IMG/VR virus record: IMGVR_UViG_3300024331_000061
Coordinates: 19,784 to 83,783 of that record
Length of the DNA stretch: 64,000 bases
Source of the DNA: a virus
Lineage: Duplodnaviria > Caudoviricetes
Strand: one strand, 5' to 3'
Shown here: in pieces, positions 51,631 to 60,624 of the stretch
Numbering within the stretch: the stretch's first letter is position 1
Layout: each line of letters starts with the position of its first letter
Program-made: the position numbers and the translations under genes
The notes under the pieces: model-generated
The model's input: the letters and a program-made list of their open reading frames with translations, nothing else
What the model was told of the DNA's origin: nothing
The model's database searches: none

Positions 51631-53148
51631 TCAGACCTTCGCATTCCAGTCGGCGTTCCAGCTCACTCCGTCATATCTGCGCGAGATCTTGTTCCGTACG
51701 ATCCCCGGATACCTGCCCAGCTGGTCCATGAACTCGATCTTGTGCAGCCTGGCCGATCCCTTGCTCCACTGCTCGTAGGCCCGCCAGGCTTCCTGCTGCG
51801 GGACGTAGCCCGGATAACCGCCGGTCACCATGGTGTCAGCGACGAAATCGCCCACCGTGTTCTGCTCGGCCGCGTACTGCTCGGTGGCCGCCTGCACGTC
51901 CAGCGGCATCTCCAGGCCCCCGGTCCTGAAGTATTCGCGGCAGCCCATGGCCAGCAGCGCCAGGATGCCCTCGCGCTCGCTGTGCAGGATCGAGGACGCC
52001 AGGTGCGGGTCCATCTCACCGGCTGGCACCGTCGGCCCGCCGGGGAAGACGATGATCCGCCGCCGCATCGCGGGATCGAAGTTCACCAGGGTCGGCATCG
52101 CGTTCGTAGCCACCCAGATCGTCCAGGTGGACCAGGTGCGCAGTTCCTCGGTGGCGTAGTGGCGGTTGACCGATACCACCGGCTCCCCGGTCAGCCGCTT
52201 CAGCTGCGCCTCATCGATGCTCATCCACTTGCTGGTCTCGGTGATGGTCAGGAACCGCTTGCCCCGGATGCTGTTCTCGGTCCTGGCGTTGCGCCCGTGC
52301 CGGACGACTGTTATCAGGTCGGCGTCCGAATTATGGGCCAGCGGCCCGAGTACCTGGGCCACGATGTGCAGGAGCTGGCTCTTCCCGCTGCCCGTCGGCC
52401 CGCTGATGAAGAAGATCTTCTGCTCGCGGTTGTCACCTAGCAGGCTGTAGCCAAGGCACTTCAGGAAGTAGCAGTAGACCTCGTAGTTGCCGCCGAGCAT
52501 CCGCAGCGCCATCTTGCGGAACCTCGGGCAGTCGGCCTGCGGGTTCCAGCGGTAGGGCAGGGAGTAGGTGATCAGGTCGGACTTGCGGTGCGGCTGCGGG
52601 ACCAGGCTGGCCAGGTTGACGGTGCAGTTGTCGAAATTGAGCAGGCCCGATGTCCGGTTGCCCGCGTCCATCACGTCCTCGGTGCAGCCGCAGGTGCGCT
52701 TCAGCAGCCCGGTCAGCCCGGCCTGACCGGCCTCAGACCGCAGCCTGGCGGCGTATTTCTCGCATGCCAGCCAGGGTGCCCAGGCATCGGTGCGGGCCTT
52801 GTTCCTGGCGCTCTCCGATGCGTCCGTGGGTGTCCGGCGGTCGGCGTCGGACAGCACCCAGCCTTTCGCCGCCTCCAGCATCTGGTCGAGCCGGTTGGAG
52901 AAGTCCAGGGTCACCCGGTCCATCTCGCCGCTGTGATCGGGCGGGTGCGCCTTGCCGTTCCACACGTGCCAGGTGCCGGTGAGCCCGGTGTGGTGCAGCC
53001 CGCCGTCGCGCTCGCCGTCGATGGTCCTGGCCGCGATCTTGTCGTTGCCGGGCAGCGCGGCCTGCGTGGCCCCGGTCGCCATCCGCCCGTCATCCCAGAA
53101 CGCGAGGTACTGCCATGTCCCGCGCGGGCCGCGCGCAGGCTCGCTCAC
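51631..53148 (-). CDS. D5/P4-type SF3 DNA helicase (primase-associated)
   Basis: D5_N-like LLNF-x-NCTVNL...PQA-x-CPRF; Walker A GPTGSGKS; LKRLTGE; ATN-x-x-P...RRR motifs. Confidence 0.9.
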   Translation of the reverse strand: MSEPARGPRGTWQYLAFWDDGRMATGATQAALPGNDKIAARTIDGERDGGLHHTGLTGTWHVWNGKAHPPDHSGEMDRVTLDFSNRLDQMLEAAKGWVLSDADRRTPTDASESARNKARTDAWAPWLACEKYAARLRSEAGQAGLTGLLKRTCGCTEDVMDAGNRTSGLLNFDNCTVNLASLVPQPHRKSDLITYSLPYRWNPQADCPRFRKMALRMLGGNYEVYCYFLKCLGYSLLGDNREQKIFFISGPTGSGKSQLLHIVAQVLGPLAHNSDADLITVVRHGRNARTENSIRGKRFLTITETSKWMSIDEAQLKRLTGEPVVSVNRHYATEELRTWSTWTIWVATNAMPTLVNFDPAMRRRIIVFPGGPTVPAGEMDPHLASSILHSEREGILALLAMGCREYFRTGGLEMPLDVQAATEQYAAEQNTVGDFVADTMVTGGYPGYVPQQEAWRAYEQWSKGSARLHKIEFMDQLGRYPGIVRNKISRRYDGVSWNADWNAKV

Positions 53149-53320
53149 CTGTCGTCACCGATCCGCTGTGCTGGTATCGTCTTCATCGGGCCGCCTCCAT
53201 ATCAGGCATCCACGGGCGGGCTGCGCTTCTGGGGAGTCGCGCGGCCCGCCTTCTGTTGTATGCGTGCGCCCGCGAACCTGGGCGGGGTCCGGGCTCGGGC
53301 TGTTCCACGCTACACCGCGC

Positions 53321-53599
53321 TCAGCCCCCGCAGAAGGAGCACAGGTATCCGTCCTCACCCGCGTCCCGGCGGATGGCCTCACCGGGCTCCCAGCGCTCGC
53401 CGCAGCCCCGGCAGACGCCGCTCCAGCGGGCCTCGATCCACGGACCCAGGCCGTCCTCGGGATTGGCGGTGCGCCACATCGCGGCCCAGTCAGTAGTAAG
53501 GTCCGCAGGCGGGCCGGTTCGTGAGCGCCTATCGGCAATGACTTTGTGCGCGCACATGCTCACGGGCAGCAGGCACCGATAGCAATACAGCTCAGCCAT
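53321..53599 (-). CDS. Small Zn-finger protein between primase and helicase
   Basis: Start reassigned to ATG 53599; CYRC...CAH and CRGC...CSFC motifs. Confidence 0.55.
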   Translation of the reverse strand: MAELYCYRCLLPVSMCAHKVIADRRSRTGPPADLTTDWAAMWRTANPEDGLGPWIEARWSGVCRGCGERWEPGEAIRRDAGEDGYLCSFCGG

Positions 53600-54509
53600 G
53601 GCGTCGGAGCCAGGACGCAGCCGACGCGGCATCGGCGTCCTCGGCGGCCCGGCGGCGGTCGATGAACCGGCGGGCCGAGTCGATGCTGACCAGCACCTCG
53701 TCCCACGGGTAATCGCGCTGATCGGTGTGATCCCAGATGACGCGCAGGCTGCCGGTCACCTCGGCCACGCCAGCTGGCGTGGTCCCGAACTTGCGGAACA
53801 GCGAGCACGCCACCCGGTGCATCATCGAGTTACGCTCGCCTCGCGGGATGCCGCTGACCGTCAGCCCGTCCGGGTCCGGGAGCTGCCCGTGCGAGTTAGC
53901 CGGTGACCCGGCGGAAGCGGCATCCCGCGCCCACAGCGCCAGCCAGCCCGGTGCGGCCACGGGCTGGCACGGGCACGACCCGCCGCCCCATCGGTAGCTC
54001 ACCAGCACCTCGCCGCTGCGCTCGCCGTCATGGCCCCCGGCGGTCACCCAGACCGATGAGGGAGCCGCCGCGACGTATCCGCCCGCCGCCTTCAGGTCCA
54101 CGCCGGGCAGGATGCCCTGGCGGCCGGGGACGCCCTGCGCGGCGTACCACAGGTGCATGCCGCCGCTGGGTGTCTCGGCGGCGGGAGCTGGCCACGGCAG
54201 CTGGCCTCCCCAGGACCGCAGCCACTCCCCGAGCGCCACCTCGCCGTTGTTCCCGTGCTTCACGTCCAGGTCGAGCACGGCCAGGCCGGATGCCCCGCAC
54301 GCGATGCCGATGTTGGCGGCCGGGTCCAGGTCCCACCAGCGGCGAACCTGTCCTGCGTCAGCGGTCGCCCAGTGCACGCCGCCACGGTCGCCCAGCATCT
54401 TGTGCGGCCTCTTGCCGCCAGCCTCCAGCGGCAGCACCGCCAGCCCCATCGAGGCGTAGGTCCCGGCGGCAGCGGCGAAGGGCATCCGCGCCCAGTCGTG
54501 CCCGCACAT
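53592..54509 (-). CDS. Bifunctional primase/polymerase (Prim-Pol) with PriCT-like C-terminus
   Basis: VLPL-x-x-GGKRP, ANIGIACG, VLDLD-x-K, TPSGG-x-H-x-W and G-x-D-x-K-x-x-GGYV motifs; G-x-RN C-terminal motif. Confidence 0.9.
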   Translation of the reverse strand: MCGHDWARMPFAAAAGTYASMGLAVLPLEAGGKRPHKMLGDRGGVHWATADAGQVRRWWDLDPAANIGIACGASGLAVLDLDVKHGNNGEVALGEWLRSWGGQLPWPAPAAETPSGGMHLWYAAQGVPGRQGILPGVDLKAAGGYVAAAPSSVWVTAGGHDGERSGEVLVSYRWGGGSCPCQPVAAPGWLALWARDAASAGSPANSHGQLPDPDGLTVSGIPRGERNSMMHRVACSLFRKFGTTPAGVAEVTGSLRVIWDHTDQRDYPWDEVLVSIDSARRFIDRRRAAEDADAASAASWLRRHG

Positions 54510-54512
54510 GAG

Positions 54513-54767
54513 CTACGCCTGCTCGAACAGGTGCCAGACGTAGGGCTCCGCGATGGCGGTGCCCCGGTAGGTGGTGTCATCGGGCACGTCGTGCCCGGTG
54601 CCGAAGACCCGCAGCCTCGCGGTGAACGGGGTGCCGACACCGGCCAGCGCCCAGACGTGCACCACATCGGTGACGCCGTTGCGGCTGGCGACCTTCACGA
54701 TCGGGCCGGACAGCTCAACGTCGTGCCACTTGCCATCGACCTTGATCTCATAGCGGTAGACGTTCAT
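54513..54767 (-). CDS. Small hypothetical phage protein
   Basis: 84 aa; V-x-G-T-G-H...Y-x-GT...YVWHLFE pattern seen in many phages. Confidence 0.65.
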   Translation of the reverse strand: MNVYRYEIKVDGKWHDVELSGPIVKVASRNGVTDVVHVWALAGVGTPFTARLRVFGTGHDVPDDTTYRGTAIAEPYVWHLFEQA

Positions 54768-55015
54768 TCCGCCGCCGCCTTCGCGGCTGAGTTCATCAGC
54801 TGCTCGAACAGCAGCTCCAGGGTGGGCACGCCGCCCTTGACGCTGAGTACCGCGACCTCGCGCCCGAAGACGCCGACCTTGGTCACGTTGTAGATGTACG
54901 GCTGGTCGAGCGGGCTGGAGGCCGGGATGGTGACCTGGCCCTCATCGAGCTGGCTGGGGTGAACGTCCCTGGTCATGCCCTCCAGGGGTCCGTCGAGAAA
55001 CACGGGGTGCTTCAT
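54764..55015 (-). CDS. Small hypothetical protein
   Basis: 83 aa; FLDGPL-x-G N-terminal motif; SD present. Confidence 0.6.
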   Translation of the reverse strand: MKHPVFLDGPLEGMTRDVHPSQLDEGQVTIPASSPLDQPYIYNVTKVGVFGREVAVLSVKGGVPTLELLFEQLMNSAAKAAAE

Positions 55016-55080
55016 GATGCTCCTATCTTGATCGGGATCTTGCGGCTACGATACCCGGCTGGAACAAGCATCCGGGATCG

Positions 55081-55092
55081 GGTGTTTACAGC
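55081..55092. promoter_or_regulatory. Palindromic operator at the main divergence point
   Basis: GGTGTTTACAGC between the leftward replication operon and the rightward HTH gene. Confidence 0.6.
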
Positions 55093-55118
55093 AGTGACGA
55101 TAACGATGAAGGAGAGAC

Positions 55119-55781
55119 ATGACCACCGTTCTAGACCTGCGCGCCCACGCGCAAGACAGGATGAACCGCATCAGGCAGAACCTGAGCGCCGCAGCCGATG
55201 AGTACCTCCAGGCCCTGGAAGACGAGGACTGGAAGACGCTGGGATTCCCCGACGTGGAGACCTGGCGGGCCGAGCTGATGGCTGGCGTGAAGTTCAGCAA
55301 GGCCGCCCGGCAGGCGATCGTGAAGACGCTGACCGTCCAGGGCAAGACCCAGCGGCAGATCGCCGCCGCGACCGGGGCCGGGATGGGCACCGTCGAGCGC
55401 GACCAGAAGGAAGTTGGTGCACCAAGTGGTGCACAAGCATCACCGCGTCAGCTGGCCGCCCGCGACCGCGAGGCCGCCAAGGACCGGCAGGCACTGCCGA
55501 AGACGAACTTCCAGCAGCCCCGGCAGCAGAGCGCGCCGGGTCCGCGACCGGCGGTGCAGCCGCCAGCCGATCTGCCGCCAGCCCCGGCCGACCCGAAGCT
55601 CACTGAGCACGCTGAGTTCGATGCCAGGGTGCGTCCCTGGCGGGACCAGGGCCTGAGCCGCGAGCAGATCGCCACCACGCTGGGATCGACCCGCGCCAGG
55701 GTATGGGACGCGCTCAGCCGCCTGGAAGGCGAGGACCGCGCGCTCCGCTCGTGTACGTGCGGTAACGCCAGCAGGGTGTAA
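55119..55781 (+). CDS. HTH transcriptional regulator (two HTH motifs)
   Basis: TQRQIAAATGAGMGTVERD and GLSREQIATTLGSTRARVWDAL; SD GGAG. Confidence 0.7.
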   Translation: MTTVLDLRAHAQDRMNRIRQNLSAAADEYLQALEDEDWKTLGFPDVETWRAELMAGVKFSKAARQAIVKTLTVQGKTQRQIAAATGAGMGTVERDQKEVGAPSGAQASPRQLAARDREAAKDRQALPKTNFQQPRQQSAPGPRPAVQPPADLPPAPADPKLTEHAEFDARVRPWRDQGLSREQIATTLGSTRARVWDALSRLEGEDRALRSCTCGNASRV

Positions 55782-55783
55782 TG

Positions 55784-55795
55784 TTTGTTTACACC
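55784..55795. promoter_or_regulatory. Palindromic operator TGT-NN-ACA
   Basis: TTTGTTTACACC upstream of 55829. Confidence 0.5.
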
Positions 55796-55828
55796 GGAAT
55801 GACACAACGGGAGAGGAAGATCACGATC

Positions 55829-56569
55829 ATGACCAACTACACCGAGGCCGTCACCGAGGCCCGGACGCTGGTGAAGCGCTCGGAGACCGATCAGTGGCGG
55901 CTGGCCCAGCTCACCTGGGAGAACGCCAGCCCGTACGAGGCCGACGGCAAGATGAGCCTCACGCAGTGGAGCAGGGACGTGGGCGTGAGCCTGTCCTATG
56001 CGGGCCGCCTGCGCAGGGTCTGGGAAAACTACCAGACCACTAGGAATCTAGACGAGGTTCAGAACCTGCCTCCCTTCAACGAGGCGTACCGCGAGGTCTC
56101 CCCGCACAGCGCCTACACCCCGCCTGCGGATGCCGTCCGCGACATGCAGCCCGAGCGCAAGGCCGAGGTGGCCCGCGAGCTGCTGGCCGACCCGGCGGTA
56201 GCCGATCAGGTCGTCAGCGATCCCGCGTTCGGCAAGAACGTCTGGGACGCCAGGGTTCGCAAGGAGCGCACCCGGCAGGCCGAGGTCCAGCGCACGCTGA
56301 GTGACAACCCGGACCTGGGCCAGGCCAACCGCAAGCTGGGGGACACCGATGCCCAGCTGAGCCTCGGCCAGGTGCTGTCCAAGTTCGCGGCGGGCGTGGC
56401 CGAGGTGCTGCCCCGGTGCGGCCCGGTGAATGAGGGCGAGCGCTTCTGGATCGAGGGTGCCCGCGACCGCGCGCAGCTCGCGCTCAACGCGGTCAACGAG
56501 TACCTCGCCACCGGGGAGCTGATCTCCGATGACGAGCTGACCCGGATGGCAGCGGGCGAGTCCGCATGA
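55829..56569 (+). CDS. HTH-containing helical protein
   Basis: Start reassigned to ATG 55829; SLTQWSRDVGVSLSYAGRL helix-turn-helix. Confidence 0.6.
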   Translation: MTNYTEAVTEARTLVKRSETDQWRLAQLTWENASPYEADGKMSLTQWSRDVGVSLSYAGRLRRVWENYQTTRNLDEVQNLPPFNEAYREVSPHSAYTPPADAVRDMQPERKAEVARELLADPAVADQVVSDPAFGKNVWDARVRKERTRQAEVQRTLSDNPDLGQANRKLGDTDAQLSLGQVLSKFAAGVAEVLPRCGPVNEGERFWIEGARDRAQLALNAVNEYLATGELISDDELTRMAAGESA

Positions 56570-57021
56570 GCATCGGCGGCGACTGCATCCACGACATCCG
56601 GGCCGAGTGGTGCCTGGACTGCAACCCCCCGGCCGATCCTGTCTCCAACCCGCAGATCTGGGGCGAGCAGGCGTTCGAGGTCATCCCGGTGGATGACCCG
56701 ATCCCGCTGGCCGAGGCAGCTGACCTGGCTGGCTTGTCCGAGCACCAGTTCAGCACGGGCGTGGCCTGGCTCCGGGAGACCTACCCGGACCTGCCGCTGG
56801 TCAGCTCCCGCAACGGCCTCCAGTTCACGCTGGACGCCGATCAGGTGCTCCAGTTCCGCGCCGCCCGCATCCGCAGCTCCCTGACCACGGTCAGGCGGGT
56901 GATCCGGGGTGCGGTCCTGCCGTACATCAGGCAGGTCAACCCCTCGGCAGAGCGCCAGCTGGCGCGGCAGGCCAACCGCCTGTTCGAGGACATCCAGGAG
57001 CTTCTGGACATCCCCGTCTGA
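56566..57021 (+). CDS. Winged-HTH-like protein
   Basis: PLAEAADLAGLSEHQFSTGVAWLRE...; ATGA overlap. Confidence 0.55.
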   Translation: MSIGGDCIHDIRAEWCLDCNPPADPVSNPQIWGEQAFEVIPVDDPIPLAEAADLAGLSEHQFSTGVAWLRETYPDLPLVSSRNGLQFTLDADQVLQFRAARIRSSLTTVRRVIRGAVLPYIRQVNPSAERQLARQANRLFEDIQELLDIPV

Positions 57022-57083
57022 TGCACGAACCGGGTGCCCGCGCCTGCGGGCACCCGGCCGACGATCACGATAGAAGGAGAGAA

Positions 57084-57455
57084 ATGCCAACCCCGAGACG
57101 TATCAACCGAAGCTCCCCGTCGCTCTTGTCTAAGAGCGAGCAGGAAGCCTTCGTCAACGCGGTCGAGCAGCGCGATGAGGTCCTCAGGGGCCTGGAGGCA
57201 CTGCTGGGCGTCACCTGGGCTGATCTGAGCTTCGGTGAGAAGGTCAACGCCGCCCAGGCGTACCAGGAGAGCGGTCGCGGCGCTGCCGTCATGGCAGTAG
57301 CGGCCAGGGCCTGGCGGGACCTGGAAGAGCTGGGTGATGCCGCCACCGGCAAGATCAGCCTGGCTGACGAGCTGATCCGGGCTCGTGAGTACATCGACCA
57401 GCTGCGCGTCGAGAACGAGTCCCTGCGCCAGCAGGTGGCCAGGAGGGCATCATGA
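57084..57455 (+). CDS. Helical hypothetical protein
   Basis: Start reassigned to ATG 57084 after AAGGAG; C-terminal coiled-coil; ATGA-coupled to the Cas7-like gene. Confidence 0.6.
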   Translation: MPTPRRINRSSPSLLSKSEQEAFVNAVEQRDEVLRGLEALLGVTWADLSFGEKVNAAQAYQESGRGAAVMAVAARAWRDLEELGDAATGKISLADELIRAREYIDQLRVENESLRQQVARRAS

Positions 57456-58246
57456 GCGCAAGGGACCTGTTCCACGTCGATGATGCCTTCGTGACGTATG
57501 AGGCACAATTGCAGATCAGGGACTTCCTGGTCGGCGGCGTGCCCAGCGGCCCGAGCACCATCCGCAACTGGCTCCGCGCCAGGCTGGACGCCGGGGACAC
57601 CGAGCTGGAAGAGATCATCCGCGAGACGATGGCCGAGCGCAATAGCCCGATGAGCATCGATGAGCAGCTCACCCTGCTCATGGCATCGGATGCCAGCCCC
57701 TCGGTCAACGGATTCAAGAGAATGCCGACTGGTGAGCTGGCGTATGAATCCCGCTGCCTGAAAGGCGGGTTCAAAGAATGGGCCAATTCGGCTTATCCCG
57801 GATTGGACTGGGACGGGAAATGGGCGTCAAAGGACCCCGCTCCCGAGCCCGCTGCCGTTCCCGATCTCCCGGCCAAGGGAAAGCGCAAGCCCCCGGCGCG
57901 CAAAGCCGTATACGGCGTAGCGGGCCAGAAGGGCCTGCTGTCCACCGCAGCTGAGCGGGTGTTCTTCGACCCGCCGCTGATCGGCCTGGGCGTCACGGAG
58001 CCGAGCGCAGTAGAAGAGCGGATCAAGCGCGTTCGTCTTCCCGACGGCCGACCGGCATCCGCTATCTCCAGGGTCGAGGTGGTCGAGAAGCCGCTATTGA
58101 CCTTCGTGGTCAAGATCCGTGACAATTTCCTTTCCGATGAGGCATTGGGCAGGATCTGGATGACCGGCGAAGAAATCGGAATTGGCGCAGACCGCGCCCG
58201 ATCCGACGGGAGATTCGATTTGGTCTCCTGGAAAAGAATCTCGTAG
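57452..58246 (+). CDS. Solo Cas7/RAMP-like RNA-binding protein (Vipr-like)
   Basis: 264 aa; N-terminal beta strand, AYESRCLKGGFKE (RAMP helix-1-like) and C-terminal Gly-rich loop GIGADRARSDGRF-x-x-V; no other cas genes nearby. Confidence 0.7.
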   Translation: MSARDLFHVDDAFVTYEAQLQIRDFLVGGVPSGPSTIRNWLRARLDAGDTELEEIIRETMAERNSPMSIDEQLTLLMASDASPSVNGFKRMPTGELAYESRCLKGGFKEWANSAYPGLDWDGKWASKDPAPEPAAVPDLPAKGKRKPPARKAVYGVAGQKGLLSTAAERVFFDPPLIGLGVTEPSAVEERIKRVRLPDGRPASAISRVEVVEKPLLTFVVKIRDNFLSDEALGRIWMTGEEIGIGADRARSDGRFDLVSWKRIS

Positions 58247-58272
58247 TACCTTGTATCACTGATACGCCACGG

Positions 58273-58296
58273 GCCGGGCGTCGGGAGACGCCCGGC
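58273..58296. terminator. GC hairpin between the Cas7-like gene and the array
   Basis: GCCGGGCGTC-GGGA-GACGCCCGGC, a 10-bp stem. Confidence 0.55.
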
Positions 58297-58329
58297 TTGA
58301 TGTGGCTAACCAAACGCAATTTGACTTCC

Positions 58330-60245
58330 CCAGCCCTGTCACGTCAGGTCTCACCAAACCCGCCCGACTCGCCAGCCCCAGACGGATCAGGCCCCGCCTC
58401 GTCCTAGCCTCGCCAGCCCGACTAGCCTGCCCCTCGCCCCGCCATGTTCCGGCCGCGCTCATCTTCACGCCCCGCCAGCCCGACATGCCGCACCAGGCCC
58501 TTCCGTCCCGGACCGACTACCCGGCCCTCGCCTTAGCCGACGCCCAGCCCCGCCGACTTGTCGCGCCCCCCTCGTGTCAAGCCTCGTCCGCGCCTGCCCG
58601 TCCCTGGCCGCACCGACTCGCCAGTTTCACTATCGCGCCTCGCTCGCGTGCATCCTCGCGCCTCGCCTTCCCGACCACCCGCAACTCGCCTGCCCGCCCC
58701 CGAGCCGACTTGTCACCTCCTTGCCTTGGCCAAGCCATCACCCGCCGACAAGCCAACCCGAGCCGCCCCCGGATCGCCCCGAGCCGCTCCGTGCCCTGCC
58801 GACATGCCGCGTCATGCCATCTCGCGCCTCGCCCGGCCAGGTCTCACCGACTCGCCATCCCATGCCCCGTCAACCCGCGCCGACTCGCCAACTCCTGGCC
58901 CTGTCACCAGCGCACCGCGCCGATCCGTCCCACACCCACCCGACTCGCCGCGCCTGGCCGAACACGGACCTCGCCGTGCCCGTCCGACTTCCCCAGCCTT
59001 GGTCAGCTCCTTGCCGTATCAAGCCGACCACCCTTGCCTAGCCTCGTCAGCCCGTGCCGACTACCCACGAGCAGCCCCACCCATGAACGAGCCTGGCCAT
59101 GCCTCACCGACGAGCCGCGCCGTGCCCCGCCCTGTTCTCACCCACCCCTCATCAGACCGACTGGCCTTGGCCATGCCTGCCCTTGCCGCGCCCGTCTCAG
59201 GCCCCGCCGTGCCCGACCGACGTACCCTGCCTGCATCTTTCCGCACCTGACCATCTTGACTAGCCTTCCCATCGCCACGCCCACGCCACGCCTCGCCGCT
59301 CCCCGCCGACAGTCCGTGTCCCGTCAGATCACGCCTGCCCTAGCCATTCCGCACCGACTAGCCCAGCCTGCCCGCCTCACGCCCGGCCGCACCGACTTGC
59401 CTCGCCGCGCCGCCCCCTTCATCCAGCTCAGACCGACTGGCCGTCCCTCCCCATCCCGATCCGCTCCGACTCGCCATGCTCTAGCCGAGCCTGCCCGACT
59501 ATCCTCGCCTATCCGCGACCGAGCCAGGTCTTCCCACGCCGACTACCCGAGCCGCGCCTGCCCATCCCGACATGCCCCGCCCCGCCTCGCCATGTTCACT
59601 CCGGGCCATACCGACCATCCCTGCCTCTGTCTCGCCACCCCCAGCCGACTTGCCGTCCTCTGACCCGTGCCTGCTTCCTGCCCGGCCTAGCCCTCACGAC
59701 CCGTCAGTCCAGCTCATGTCCCGTCCCGCCGTCCCTCGCCCTGCCGACGCGCCAGTCCATACCACGGCACCCCTCTCCAGACCAGCACGACTTGCCTCGC
59801 CATGCCCCCGACCTCACCCGGCCCAGACCGACTCACCTCGCCTCCCCATCCCTATCCGACTCACCTCGTCAACCCTCCCCTTGACCGCCCGACTTCCCGA
59901 GCCTTCCCGTGCCGCGTCTCGCCGTCCCGACGAGCCTGATCACGCCGTACCTCGCCTGCCCGCACCGACTCGCCCGGCCACGCTCTGCCTCCAGCCCGGC
60001 CTTGCCTGATCGACTGGCCCAACCCAACCGATCCACACCTCGCCACGCCAGCCCGACCCGCCAGCCCGCAGCTCACCACGCCATCGCATGCCGACTGACC
60101 TCGCCTTACACCTCACCTGGCCCGACCCTGCCGACTCGCCAATCTCTCTGCCAGGCCCCTCCTTGCCGTCCCGAGCCTGCCCGACGGCCCAGGCCCGCCC
60201 GATCCGCGCCGGTAGCAAGCCAGCCCGGCAAACCTGTGCGACCCT
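58330..60245 (-). repeat. Array of ~40 pentamer-coded units (GG(Y)NN)n punctuated by GTC; putative guide-RNA array
   Basis: About 40 CCGAC (minus strand GTCGG) delimiters. Spacings cluster near 28, 33, 38-40, 44, 48-50, 54 and 58-62 nt, i.e. roughly 3+5n. GG is fixed at pentamer positions 1-2 on the minus strand. Confidence 0.85.
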
Positions 60246-60251
60246 GACTCC

Positions 60252-60584
60252 ATGGCACCAACCGAAAGCAAAGTGAAAGCATCGACCACCGCAGCTGCGA
60301 TCAGCGGCATGGGCTTGTGGCTGCTGGGGCGGTATGTATTTAAAGGTGCAGTACCTGATGTCGTCACCTCATGGACGTACGTCCTGGTGCCGGGCATCCT
60401 GGCCTGGGCAGCCGGGTACGCGGCGCACCATACGCATAGACCGGACCTGGAGGACCGATCGGCGGGGCTGCCTGGCATCGCCACCCTCGGAATCCCTCCG
60501 ACACGCCCTGTGACCAGGAATAACACCGAGCCACCGCCTGTTCCGGTGACCGAGGAAGGGGGAGCCCAGGCCCCTCCCGTGTAA
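60252..60584 (+). CDS. Putative holin
   Basis: E-x-KVKA-x-T-x-A-x-x...two TM helices...AGY-x-A-x-HT-x-RPD, typical of actinophage holins. Confidence 0.6.
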   Translation: MAPTESKVKASTTAAAISGMGLWLLGRYVFKGAVPDVVTSWTYVLVPGILAWAAGYAAHHTHRPDLEDRSAGLPGIATLGIPPTRPVTRNNTEPPPVPVTEEGGAQAPPV

Positions 60585-60624
60585 CCTGGCCGGATAGGAA
60601 ACGATGACGATGAAGGGAAGTCCG

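Noticed and set aside
58330-60245. Classical CRISPR array
   Set aside because: No 25-45 nt identical direct repeats; the only constant parts are the 5-nt delimiter and GG dinucleotides.
58256-60276. Long ORFs across the array (453 aa, 230 aa, 155 aa and others)
   Set aside because: Pro/Arg/Ala low-complexity translations caused by the C-rich 5-nt periodic repeat, which has few stop codons; the period is not a multiple of 3.
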